In this document: piece after piece, positions 14,330 through 27,400 of the stretch
How positions within the stretch are numbered: the first letter of the stretch is position 1
How the letters are laid out: every line of letters starts with the position of its first letter
NCBI GenBank assembly: GCA_016748015.1
Contig: JAAOMT010000602.1
Location: 323,696-387,695 of the forward strand
Direction of reading: 5' to 3'
Length of the DNA: 64,000 nt
From: Geosiphon pyriformis uo1
Lineage: Eukaryota > Fungi > Glomeromycota
Notes under the pieces: generated by a model
Seen by the model: the letters and a program-made list of their open reading frames with translations, nothing else
The model's database searches: none
What the model was told of the DNA's origin: nothing
Program-made: the position numbers and the translations under genes

Positions 14330-14439
14330 TGGGGGTGTGTGGGTGTGGGTGTGTGGGTGTGGGTGTGTGGGTGTGTGGGTGTGTGGGTGTGTGGGTGTGT
14401 GGGTGTGTGGGTGTGTGGATGGGTGGATGGGTATGTGGG
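14330..14439 (+). repeat. G-rich (GGGTGT/GGGTGTGT)n tandem repeat
   Basis: More than ten GGG runs separated by TGT/TGTGT, seen directly. Confidence 0.9.
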
Positions 14440-14694
14440 AGGAGAGAGGGTTTTTTTTTTGAGTTTTATCCTAATAAAATATTTCCGCGTGAAAAAATAA
14501 GCTTTTTAATAATTTGTGATGAAGATCGTGAAAGATTTTCTTTTTTTGATTAATTGAAAATTTGCTATTCTGAATCAAAAAACAAAATTTTCAAAAAAAG
14601 AAATCTATTTCCCCTATTCGATTGAAATGTTAAAAAATAAGTTAGACTCAATATTTAATTATCGCCCATCATTAACAAAATAAATGAATGAAAG

Positions 14695-14725
<31 letters not shown>

Positions 14726-15333
14726 AAAAAAATATATATATTTTTTCAATCAATCAATCATTCATGCAGCAACACACTTTAAAAACTTAATCTGTTTCCC
14801 ATATAAAATAATTTCCCATATATAAAAAATATCATGAGGTTTTTTTAATCGAATCACAAAAAAACCCTTAAATTATTTTGATTTTTTTTTTTTGTTTCAC
14901 ACGTTTTTTTCGTATTATTAAGTAACCTTAATAAGATTCCATTGTACTAGGAAAAAGAAAAAAAAAATATCTGGCTGATTTTTTTTTAAAAAAGGCCAAA
15001 AAAGAATAGGTATTATTTTTATTTTTATTTTTATTTTAATTAATTAATTAATGTAGAATGGTTACGATGCATTGTGATGCGGTCACATGCGGTTTCTTAA
15101 TAAACACTTATGTCACTTAACATGAAGCAGGTAATGAATTTATTTTTTTTTATTTTTTTATTTTTTCAAATTTCTTAAACAATAGCAAACGTGTTTCACG
15201 TATTTAAAAAAAAAAAATCATATCGGAAGTCTTGTTTAATAATAATAAAAGTTACATGTATTTAATTTTTTAAAATGACTAATTTTAATTGTTTACATGT
15301 CAACAAAAAATTCTCAAACAACTTAAACAGATG

Positions 15334-15383
<50 letters not shown>

Positions 15384-16530
15384 GTCTTTTATGGGTATTA
15401 TATATATATATATATTTTTTTACTATTGATTACATATTAAAAATTAAAATGTACCCCGTGATACCCACAGACCTTAAGTAACATTTTTACATACCAGGTA
15501 CCTAACCACTAACGGATAAAATCAATAATTTAACTCCGCGCCATTAATAAAAAGAAATCTCTCAATAGGTTAAAACTTTGCATAATACGGGACGCCTTTT
15601 TGTTGCAAAAATAGTAACCTTAAAGCTTTTTTCACGCCTTTTGGAATGACAATTATGCTTAATGATGTTGGGTGTTGGTGTTTTTCCCTTTTTCATCAAA
15701 ATATATAATAATAAAAAAATTTAATTTTTTTTTTCATGATATCAGAAAAATATTAGTGACCATCTTTTGAAATATGGTGATAATAATGATGATAGTGCTT
15801 GTAAATTGCATCATTTTCCATTACCTAGATAATGATGTTGATAGTGCAATTATGCAATAGCGGAATAACAACCAAATGACTTTACTGGCGTCCCTTGAAC
15901 TTTAAAACGCTATAGACAAAAGAAAAACTGCTTCATAGAGAAAACCTGTGGGAGAGGATTTTCTTAGTTTGTCCCAATTTTTAAAATTGAGAAGTCTCTT
16001 CTATTCATGAATTCATTTTTGGATATAAAAAAAATGTCATAATAATTTAATTTCCCCCAGTGATAGATCGAATTTTAGAACAAAACCTCTCTCAAATACA
16101 CAAAATGCCTTTCTCATTTATCAAAGATTTTTTTTAGAAATTTGGAAAGTCCCCTGAATATGTGTCCCTCCTAAATTGTTGTAGATAAGTGGAGAGACTT
16201 TTATGTCGTCAATAAAAAATTAGTATAATTGAATATCCCCCAAAAAGTAATAAGATTAAGATTAACATCAATTTTAATATTTCCCTGGTGTCACAATAAT
16301 ACACTTTTTGAACACCTTTATCTTTTTGGGCAGCTAGAATTCGTAATATTATGAGGGTTACATTTTGTTTCAACAAATCTTATTAAATTATTAATATTGG
16401 CAATTATTCCGCGATTTTTTTGTAATTAATATTACAAGTTTCACGCACTATAATATGGGCGTGCTGCAACAGAACCAGGCAACATATGACGTCACTCAGC
16501 ATCAGGCTCGGATTTATTTTTGCTCGCAAC

Positions 16531-17400
16531 TTAACGAGGTGTTTGATTGACATAGACCTCGATCTTTGTAGTTACATCTTGTTCCATTGGTAAAGTAACT
16601 GCCTGCTTTGTTTTGCTTTTTGTGACTAACTGTGGTTTGGTCAAACTAGGTAAACCCTCCTCCTCAGCATAATCAATGCAGGATTTAAAATATTTCCATA
16701 GAATCTTCTGCTCATGTTGGGGCAAACAAGGTTGAAGTTTTTTTTTCAGAGACTGAGTGGCAAATACAAGAAAAAAAGGACTTACCTAAACGTACAGAAT
16801 TACGCTAAACATCTATAACAGCATTCAGTAACTTTAGATTCTATACTGGTCATTTTTAATTGCAGCACTTTAATTTCTTTCAACTTCATACCTCGATCAG
16901 TATTTTCGACGCTGTTTCCATCGTCCTCTTCGTCACTTGAGATGTCATCAACTGAGCACTTGCGTTTTCGTTCCAAGCCAAGATCAACGTATTCATCGAA
17001 TGAGACATAATCGCTTACTGGAATTTATATTCTCCTCCGCCAAGTCGGAATTAATGCAGATAATTCGTTGTTTCTAGACGGTTTATAATAAGAAAGCTGA
17101 TAACAACATTGAATAATTCCACTATCCTTATTTTGAGATGCAGACAAGGTTTTACTAAACTTTTTTTCTTCAATTATGTTATGCGCAGTTTGGGTTCTAA
17201 GCCTTTCTTCATGAAGATGAAGGCCATCCTAAAAGTGTCAAACAGGCCCGGGTTTGATATATTTGTCAAACGTTCTGAGTAGACTTCGGGATATCTTAGT
17301 TTGAACATCTTTCCCAGACGCGACAAATTTCGATGCATCGAATAAGGCTTTATTCGCCTCGTTCTTTTGAGAGAAAGTAAATTGAGTCTTTAAAAAATTT
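16531..17400 (-). pseudogene. Relic of an unidentified protein-coding gene
   Basis: GC-elevated, CpG-containing stretch; the minus strand gives protein-like fragments (KTQFTFSQKNEANKALFDASKFV...; ERKRKCSVDDISSDEEDD; KILWKYFKSCIDYAEEE) broken by stops and frameshifts; a GTAAGT donor lies near 16785. Confidence 0.35.
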
Positions 17401-18875
17401 GACAGGATTAAAAATCCTTTTAGAATTTCGGAATAAACTTGCTAATGATGACAAAATAATAAAATCCGAGTTAATTTAACAAAAGCCGCTGATTATATTA
17501 TACGAACCATGATTTTCTACTCAAGAGATTTTATTAAGTTATCAATTAATTTAAAATGGCGTTCCTGCTCTAACTTTCTTCGGCTAGGGAGCCACCGGAC
17601 ATATATCTTTCGAATACCACTAGGTCATCTCAACGACACACACGGAGGCTGACGAATTTCCTCAGGATTTACAGGGTAGAGAGACTTAACTGCAAAGCGG
17701 GTTCGTGGTGACAACGCCTTCTCTAAGGGCGGTTTTCGTCGTGGATAAGTGGAGGACTTGATGATCCTAAAGTCAGAAGACAATAACCAATCCAGCGTTT
17801 ATTTTAGTCCGCTTGCCAAAATATAGTTCAAATAAGAATCATGGTTAGAATATATCTTTAAGTATAATTATTCGATTCCAAACAAATCTGATCACCTTTC
17901 ATCACGTAATTCCATTGTTCTTATTCATTGTTATTTAGACCTATTAACAGATTGATGATTGTTTTTTTCTTGCCAAAAACGTCACTTTAGTCAAATGATT
18001 CAGATGAATACAAAAAGATTTTTTATTATTGTTTTTTCACTATAATTCAAATATTCTTTAGCTCGAAAAAATAACTATTTCGTTTTTGTGTATATTGGTC
18101 TTAAATGTTTATTGAGACCTGAATTATTTAAAATCAATGGCAAAAAAATAAATTACGTAAGGATCTCAAATTTTTTGTCCAGTTACTTAATAAAACAAAA
18201 TACAAAAAACTATATATTTTAGTTTTTTTAATAAAATTACGAGCAATTAGATTTCATTAAAAAACTTTCATTAATATTAACTATCATATGATTTTTATTT
18301 TTTTTCATAAAAAATTTAAAATTTAGCATCAAAGTCAATTTCTAATAAGAATTTCTATAAACATATGGGTATACTAACACTTGTCCTAAGTGAAACTTAC
18401 CGAAAAATTGATATAACCTTTTTAGCTATCCAAGAAACATCACTGCTACGAATGTAAAATGAACTGTTGTCAAAAACGGTCTAAAGTGTCATATGGCTGT
18501 CTGAAGGGTTTTCCCTATTTTCACAGTTGTATAAATATATAATATTTCTCGTCTTTATTGCAAATCTATAATTTCAAATCTTAAAAGCTAGCATTTAATC
18601 AATTGAAGTACAAACCAAATATTTAAAATTCTCTAGATTAATTAAGCCTCGATTTCCATTTGAATACCTTTAAATTTAATATGAAGTCAACATCTCAAGT
18701 AAATATATTATTGAAAATCAATTCTCAATTAGTCTATACCTCCACGGACTTGTCTATAGCTATGAAATCATAGGAATGTATACTGAGCGAGAATATTAGC
18801 GAATCATAAAATAACCAAAATATTATTCGATACTCTTGAAAATGTAGTGAAAATGTTCTAGAGAAATGTAAAAAA

Positions 18876-21800
18876 TCAAACTTTCTCTCGTTCTTTTTTT
18901 ATTGTCCTTTTTCCTGGCGATGGTGAGGTAGCAGAAAGTGGCGAAGCAGTTAAAGACGCGAGGTCACTTTTTGGAGTCTTTTTTCGTTTCTTACTACTGT
19001 TTTGTGTGCTAGTCACTTTGGACTTTTTTGGTGTTGTTAAAGGATTTTCTGGGTTTTCGGGGGTTTTGAGATTGTTCTCAACGTTTAACTGTGAATAAAA
19101 ATGTTCACATAAGAAATCGTACTCGTTGCTGTAGTCCTTGTCTGCCTCGTAATGGAAATTTTCGTTAGGAGCCCACGTCAAGTCTTCCTTTTTGATCTTG
19201 ATCTGCGAAAAATATAAATATTTAAAATTGATGCTCCAAAATTTCAAATATCTCGAGTTTTTGAAATATTTTCAATTCTCGAAATTTACCTTATTTATTG
19301 AAGCCTGGCTCATCTTTACTAGGATTTCTTGATTTTCTTTGGTTCCTTCCTCTTTATCTTTATTAGGGTTATCTTCTAATGTTTTTGAAACATGGATTCC
19401 TTCCATGCTTTCCTGATCCTCTTTAAGCTTGTCTTTGACCATTAGACAATCCATAAATGTATCAAACAATACATTCACGGCCGGGATAACATGCGAAGGT
19501 CCGCTGAACACACTACGTGCCGCTTCCAAAGCTTTATGGCGTGATTTTGTAATAGCAGATGATGACGAAGATTGAGGGGCGGTTTGTGGATATGTAGTCC
19601 CAAATATATCCGAAAAGAAAGACTTGGAATCAGTAGCCTGTGCTATTAGAGGATTATTTAAGTCCTAGATAATTATTAAAAATTTATTATATAAAAATAA
19701 AAACCAAAGTGAAAACAGTCAAATCAAATGACATCAAATTTTACCTTTTCATCAGTAATAATGAGCGGCTGTCCAATAATTTGCAATTCAAATTTCTCAT
19801 CCATATATATTATACTTGATCTGGTTTCTATGCTATTAGAACTGTTGTTTTGCTTTGGCAAATATCCTAACGCTTGCACCGAGCTGCCAATTATGTGAAC
19901 AGCTTGTGGAGTGGGTATTTCGGGCTTAAAAACCAAAAGCCGACACTCTATAAAATGGAGAAAACTTGTGATTAATCTTGCATTATTAGCTTCTTTAACT
20001 TAAAAAGTTCACCATGTACCATTCGGGGATTGATTTTGATTGGTAGACACCACAAAAATTGAAGTGAGTGGATCGCCAGCCATATTTTGCACATTTATTC
20101 TGTATGACCAATATACTTTGAAGTAATTTATATACGTGAGATCGAACAACGAGAAACAAACCATTTTTGCAGAAAAAAGGTACAACTTACTTGAAAAGGA
20201 CAGAAGATTCCACACATATAAGTGGTCCTCGGTAACCGTCACTAAGTATGGAGAATCGGATCGGAATAAAAGGTTTTTGACTTCTTGATCGTGAGGGATG
20301 TGAGTTATCACACCGTGAAACTCATTGGAAAGTGGATCCCAAAAAGTGATAAAAGGACCAAATGCAACGGCTAATACTGAGCCATCGGCAGAAAAAGCAG
20401 CCTTTCGAGGTAACATTGAACGATAGGATCCGATAGAAGAACATGACCAAACTACTAAAATGTTCAAAATATTGATAATTTTTGAATTAATCATTGATTC
20501 AAATAAATTTTGATGGTAAAAAGACGTTGGCACTCAACATACATTTCTGTTTGATTCTCTTTGATCCGACGGTTTCTTCTACTTGCCAAAGTTTAAACTT
20601 TTTGTCCAAACCAGTGGTAATAACGATTGGTGGAGCAGAATCTCCCCCGGGATGAAATATCAAGCAAAGAATTTTCCCGTCGTGGGGGTAATCAACAAGC
20701 GTGTTCAGAACATATGAATTTTTTTCAGGATCGAATTCCCAGAATTTTAAATAAAACTCTGGTGTGGTTTCGCCATCGTCACGAGAATCAACCTTTTGAC
20801 AGTTTGCTAAAGTTAATTGTGGGAGAAAAAATGGTCAACTCAAAAAAGATAAATCTACCGTTGCCATCCATTTTCCATCAGGTGAAAAAGCCACATGTTC
20901 AACCAAAGGATCGATAATTTCTTTTGTGTCGGTCTTTGAAACAAATGTGCGTCTCATAATTTCAACTTCCGAAACATGAACACCATTATAAGGGTCATAC
21001 CATTGAAGAGTGCCGGGAATCCCATTTAGGACCACATGCTGGTTTCGAGGTTCAACCACCAAACCAGTCGAAAGCGTGTCCGTTGCATTTGTCCGAGCTA
21101 AATACGACCGTTAACAATAAGTGATCAAAAATTTCTTTTAGATAAAGGAACCGAGATAGACCTTATCCTGACCATGTTTAAGACCTTGGATCACTTTTCG
21201 GATGGTAAGATTGGTTGCAGAAAGCACTTTTATCGTATTGTCAGCTAATCCAATAGCATACAAGTGTTGATTGGGACTGATTGTGATTGTAAGAATTTCA
21301 TTCCCTAATCGAGGCACATATCTCCTTTGACCAGTTTCGACCTGCCAAATAGTAAGCACAGCTTCTTCACCTCCAGAAAGCAAATAAGTCCCTAGGCGTG
21401 AATTGTAATTAGCTATAATCAATGATCAAAACAAAAAAAAATATGAAAGTTTTCTTACCATCCCTTGAAAAACTCAAAGTATTAACTTTGTGGGCGTGCC
21501 AGTGCACTTTAGATGTGATAGGATTCTTGACATGTTCCTCTGTGAGGCAATAGCTGATTTTTTTTCATTGCAAAAATTGTTAATGATGACATTGGAATCT
21601 TGAAGGAGAAAATACAAACTCCTTTTACCAGTAAGTAATTTGGCCGACTTCATCCCCTATCGCCACACATCTACGTGTTGGGCTGATTGCTATGCTGGTA
21701 ATCTTTTGGGGATGCCCATAACTAAAGCAAATTTGAATAGAATTTAACGACATTATTGAAAATTATAGATCAACAGAAACGAAATAATATAAAGTAAGCC

Positions 21801-22978
21801 TACCAAGGCCATTCGCGTTGTTCCTCTCGCACCTTCTGAATATTAATTATTGTATATTGCCGCTCGGAAGCTGTAACCATGTACTTTCCATCCAAGCTGA
21901 TATCAAATTTTTGGAAGGGGAGCGATGAAGACTGAATAATAAACAGGACGCATTTCTCATCAACGTCGTTCAGTTCAATCCGCACCAGTAAATAAGGGTT
22001 TTTAACTAAGGTCTCCTCAATAGCTATCGTGATATTAATTTTAAATCTACTTAGTTATAAATACTCGTGAAATCCAAATAAAAATTGAATTGTATAATCA
22101 AGTTTCTTATCACATTTATCGTCCAGGTTGACCCTCGTCAGATCAACGCTACTAATATCTGTCAAAGCATATACATCTTTTGGACATAGCGGGTGGATCA
22201 AAATCCCTTTTATCGGTGTATTCAGATAAAAAGTCTAAAGTTGAAGGTAAATTATAATTCAATTGTGCCGTAAAAACCGAAATTGTAACTAATGGTAACA
22301 AAAACCTTCAACAATTTAGATTCAATATAATTCCATAATTTGATGGTGCCATCCAAAGAGGCAGAATAGATCTAGAGTAAATATCTTAATTTAAATTCAT
22401 ATATAGTCGATTGAAAAAGATGCATATGGATATTGGTTACTCACAAGTGAAGAATCTGTCGGATGCAAAACTATGCTTGTCACTTCCTCTCCATGCCCTC
22501 CATTATTGGGTGACATTGATAATGTATTTATGCAATTTCCGGTGGTGAGGCTGTAAATTTTGATGGTATTTGCGACACAACAAAAAAAAAATCTGGAATA
22601 TGTTAGGGCAGAAAGATATACTTTTATTATTACAGTTGGTTGTTTGCATCGACAAGTTGGAACTCTGATATTCACATACTGTGTGTCGGACGTGAAAACA
22701 ACTGGGTATTTACAAAGGAATCCACCCGAAAGCCTATTAATACTATAAACCATTTTTGATTTCGAAAAGTCTCCAGAATCCTTATAGGAATTTTCATCGT
22801 TTTCCCGGTAAATTATCGACTTTTGAGTAGAAAGATCTGTCTCTGCAGTGACATTTTTAGCGAATGTAGTGGGTGAGTCAAAAGCAGGTAAGTTCAACTC
22901 TGGCTGCTTCTTTTTAGGTGTTGGATGGACTTTTCTTTTCCGAGTACTTTTCTTGGGCGTCCCTTTTTCTTTTGACAT
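18876..22978 (-). CDS. UTP17: U3 snoRNA-associated protein 17 (UTP17/NAN1/WDR75), multi-exon WD40 protein
   Basis: Joined exons give SGG..CKYPVVFTSD, IYSASLDGTIKLWNY, HWHAHKVNTLSFS, YLLSGGEEAVLTIWQVETG..VPRLG, VVEPRN..VLNGIPGTLQWYD, VEHVAFSPDGKWMATVD, LKFWEFD, AAFSADGSVLAVAFG and C-terminal FSGPSHVIP; GT-AG introns; ATG of MSKEKG at 22978. Internal exon boundaries not all resolved. Confidence 0.9.
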
Positions 22979-23169
22979 ATGTAAGTCCGACACTTTGATC
23001 AAAAGATTACACAGTAAGCTTCAATTAGACAAGTTAAAAAAGGCTTGCAAGAAATTTCTTTGATATGTTATGTAGATGCAACTTTTGAGATTTGGCACGT
23101 GATTTTTGGATATTCCTCATATTTAATTAATACATTGTACAACTGAAATGGCATATCTTTAAACACAAA

Positions 23170-23606
23170 ATTTTTATTTTAATAAAGATTATAATTATAT
23201 GAAGTTTATATTAAATAATACTAAATTTTAAATAAAAAAATATTTAATATTGTTTGAATAATAAATTTATATAAATAATAATAATAATAATAATAATTTT
23301 AAAATAAGTTAAATAAAAATTTTTGATTTTGAATAAATATTAAGTACAGTTAGATTTTTCTAAATATATACTTTTAAACCAACTTTTAAAAATTAGTTAA
23401 TATTATTATTGTACATAACTTTATTAAAAATTTTTAATAAATTTAATTAAATTTATAAAATTTTTTTTTTTATTAAAGTATTTTAAAGTGTTTTTATCTC
23501 TTTATATAACTTTAATAATATTTTATTATAATAAGATTTTTGAGATTTTATTGTATAAAATATTATATTATTAATTTAAAAATTTTTGATATTTTATATT
23601 CTTATC

Positions 23607-23639
<33 letters not shown>

Positions 23640-24289
23640 TATTATTATTATTATTCTTTTTAATGTATTAATTAATATCTATTATATTTTATAAATAAAA
23701 TGTTTTAATATTTTTTTATTAATTTATTAATTTATTAAATTAACATGTGTTAAAAAAAATATATATATTAAAAACAATTATTTATTGTTATAAATATTAT
23801 TTATATCAAACTTAAATAATAAATTATATAATTATAAAAACATTTATTTTATTATTTTATTATTTTAAATTTTAAATTTATATTTTTAAAGTAGTTATTT
23901 TACAACAGTAATAATATTTAAAAAACATAATATTATTATTATTTATAAATTAATATATAAAATATTGTGTTTAAAAAATAAATTAATTAATATTTAAATT
24001 ATTAATATAACTTAATATATTATCAAATAATAAAATTGTTTTATAACTAGTTATTTTTATATTATATTTTATAAATTGATTTTAAAATTATATATAATAT
24101 CAAAAATATTGTAATTAATATTTTTAAAATAATATAAATTAAAATATTTATCAATAATAAATGGTTTAATTTTATTAAATTTATTAATATTGATATAAAT
24201 ACTATAATTAATTGTTTTTTATCTTTTTTTTTAAATTAAATTATTGTTAAAATAATATTGATTTAAGATTAATATAAATTAAATTTTAA
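23170..24289. other. Extremely AT-rich block (probable hypermutated TE relic)
   Basis: Roughly 90% A+T by eye, CpG essentially absent, not a simple tandem repeat; abuts the LINE poly(A) end. Confidence 0.6.
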
Positions 24290-24425
24290 TTTTTTTTTTA
24301 TTACAAATTTTACAAATGAAGCCCAACCATTATTTAGTACATAGAATCAAACTAAGTAGAACCAACTAAACACAACTTATGCACAGACTACATGTGGCCA
24401 GCCACTTAGACCAGACAATGCAACA

Positions 24426-27400
24426 CTATACATTTATGGCAACAAAAGCATCACTACTTAAACCAGAGAAAAAATGACACAATTTGTGCCTACCAAACTT
24501 AACAGCAAAAGATTCTATAACACCAAGCATATAGACAACACCAGCCAACAATGTAGAAACTACATTGTTGGACAAGCCAGAAACCATATTATTATCCTCA
24601 ACCAAGCCAGCTTTTTCTATCTCCACTCTATGTTTGGTCTTAATAGTCTATATTTGAGTATACTGCAACTCCACCATAAATTTGATGAATTCCACTAGGG
24701 TTTAAGTAGCCTTTTTTCTTCTTTTAAAAACTGAAACAGCTTTGGCATACCAATCTTTTATTACAAAACCCTTGCACACTGCTGTATAAAGACCCACATC
24801 TGAAGAACATGATGAGAGTGAAAGCAAAATAGCAGATGGAAACAAACTCGTAAGACCAGACATCAACATTCATTTTTCAGCAGCTTCAACCAAAATATCC
24901 CCATAAAGACCAGAGTCACCAGAACAAGTAAAAACATGATCAGAAAACTCTATGTCACCACACAGCAAACACAAAACACCAAGATAACTTCTGCTATACA
25001 ACCTTTTTCTAACTACAACTAACAACTGTCTATATATAGCTTTTATCAAATACATGTGTAAATTAACTAACTTCCTACTGGTAAACCCAAAAAGCATGTG
25101 TGAATCAAGATACCAAACTGTCACAGTAGCATTCCAATCTATTTCCTTAATCATAATATTTGAAACTATACCAAAATCTGGACCAGTCTCTCAACAGGCA
25201 CAGCATATTAACCAGTGTAAGTCCTGAGCAAAATGATAAACATTGCCAGATATGGCAGTCTTCTCAGCAACTAGGAACCTTTTTCAGATATTAATTGGCA
25301 AAGAAAGAGACAAGAAAGTAGCCTTATTAGCCAGTGTATCAGCCCTTATATTGCCCAACACATCTGAATGTTCTTTAATCTTCACCTACTTAATTGAAAT
25401 ATTCTTGTTTTTAAGGAGATTGACAATTTGCAATCTTTCAATTCAACATTGGTTATGGAAGTCAGATGTAATCGAAGAAGCCTCGGACATGCAAACATTA
25501 ATCACAGATTGACTATCCAAGTATAAAACCACTAAGCAAGAGGATAGAACACATTTCAAGGCCAACACCACAGCTTGCAGTTTAGCTAAAGTAGAGAACA
25601 AAAGTCCAGCAACCTTAACCCTAATACTCATATTTGCAGCCAGAAAGTATACAGCTGCTCCACCCGCTGTTCCAACAAAACCAGCACATCTCAAGAACTC
25701 ATCTGTATACACCTTAATACAATTAGACCACACCTCCAGCAAACTATTACGAATTTCAAAGAACCTATCAAAATCTAAAACACTCAGCACATCTTCCTCA
25801 GTAGCAGTAGCAGCTCCGACCCCCAAAGAAATATAATTGTTCATAAAATCAGATATTAAAAAAAACCAGTAAGGCACAGGGCTCTTCAGGTCCAATTACT
25901 TCCAACACTGAAATGTTTTCCAGTTCATTATTTTTCCTTTTTTGTTAAGAATTCTGTCACCAAAAACAACACCAAAATGCTTCAATGAAAAAATGGATTT
26001 GTAATACAAAGACTGATCCAGAATGCTAAACATTGAGAAATCACCAGACCCACAAAAGGCACAAGGTAAATTGTTTGACAAGGATAATTCATTCTCCAAA
26101 AAAATCTTCACCACCTCTGCCAAGAAATTGTTAACAGAACTAACACACAACTTAACAGGAAATTGCAAAGAATTTAAAGGAGACCATCCCAGAACTTGCA
26201 AATCCAAAAATCTATGATCAAATAAATGTCTAAGAATGCCGCAGCTATTAGAAAATAAAATCAGTAACACCAGTTTTTTTTCAGATTGCACTTGCTCAAA
26301 AGGCTTTAATTCATATAAAAAAAAATAGTACAAGATTTTACTAGAGAAGTCACATGGTAAACCAGCTTTAGCTCTAAGACTTTTTCTAATCATGATATCT
26401 CACTTATAACACATATCTAAAGTAACAAAACTGAACTATACACGATAGCTAACAATGGACTGCAAAACTGCCAAAACCAAATAACAGAATTGTTTGTCCA
26501 TAATAGCTTTTTTTAACACTATATTAGAAAAAAACTTGACATCCTTATGGGCTTAAGCCAAACTGAGTTTAGAGAGACCCTCAGTTGACAGGAAGATACC
26601 CAAGTATTAGTATGACTCACCCTTTTTAGCAATCAAAATTGGCACTCCATTGATTAATAGCAAAGCATTTTTAATCCTTCGATTAATAGAAATTGCTACC
26701 ATCTTATCGTTATTAATTAAGATGTCATTGATCACAAAAAATTCACTTGCAATATTCAAAATATACTGTGTAGACGCTTAACTACTTTCGACCCAAATTG
26801 TATCATCAACAAAAGCACCTACAGCCAAAAAAAAGATTTTTTCTCCACTCACCTCAATTCTGTCAAACTTTGCTACAAACCTAGAATCAATCCTATACTC
26901 ACATAATTGTTCATGCCTTTTTACTTCACACAAAAGTGGATTATAAAATATTCTTCAAAGCAATAAAGAAAAGACCTCCCCTTGATCTAACTCATTATGT
27001 ACTTTATAACTATCCAAGAGCCCAAAATTAGTCATCATTCTATTGAGCCAGTCCCCATAAATGTTGCCAAAAAATTGGATAAAATGTTCACATATTTTGA
27101 TGTAAAGCAAGCTTACTCACAAATAATGTCAGCCTACCGAATCATAAGCTTTGCACATATCCTGTAGCACTAACCAAAGCTTTCTGTTTTTTTTCAGAGC
27201 ATCCTTAACAACTGAGCCAATAGCAAAAATAGGAGACTGAGTTAAAGTACCCTTCAACACTAAAAAATTGTTACCATGAAGAACATTAAACTTGCTACAA
27301 GTCAAAGATATCTGATTAGATAGGATCTTAGATAGTATTTTATGTACTATTTCGATCAATGCGATAGGTCTAATATTTATCAGAATACCATTTCACTCAT

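Noticed and set aside
15940-16100. Possible MITE from weak inverted GAGAGG/CCTCTC segments
   Set aside because: Short, imperfect, no TSD or second copy.
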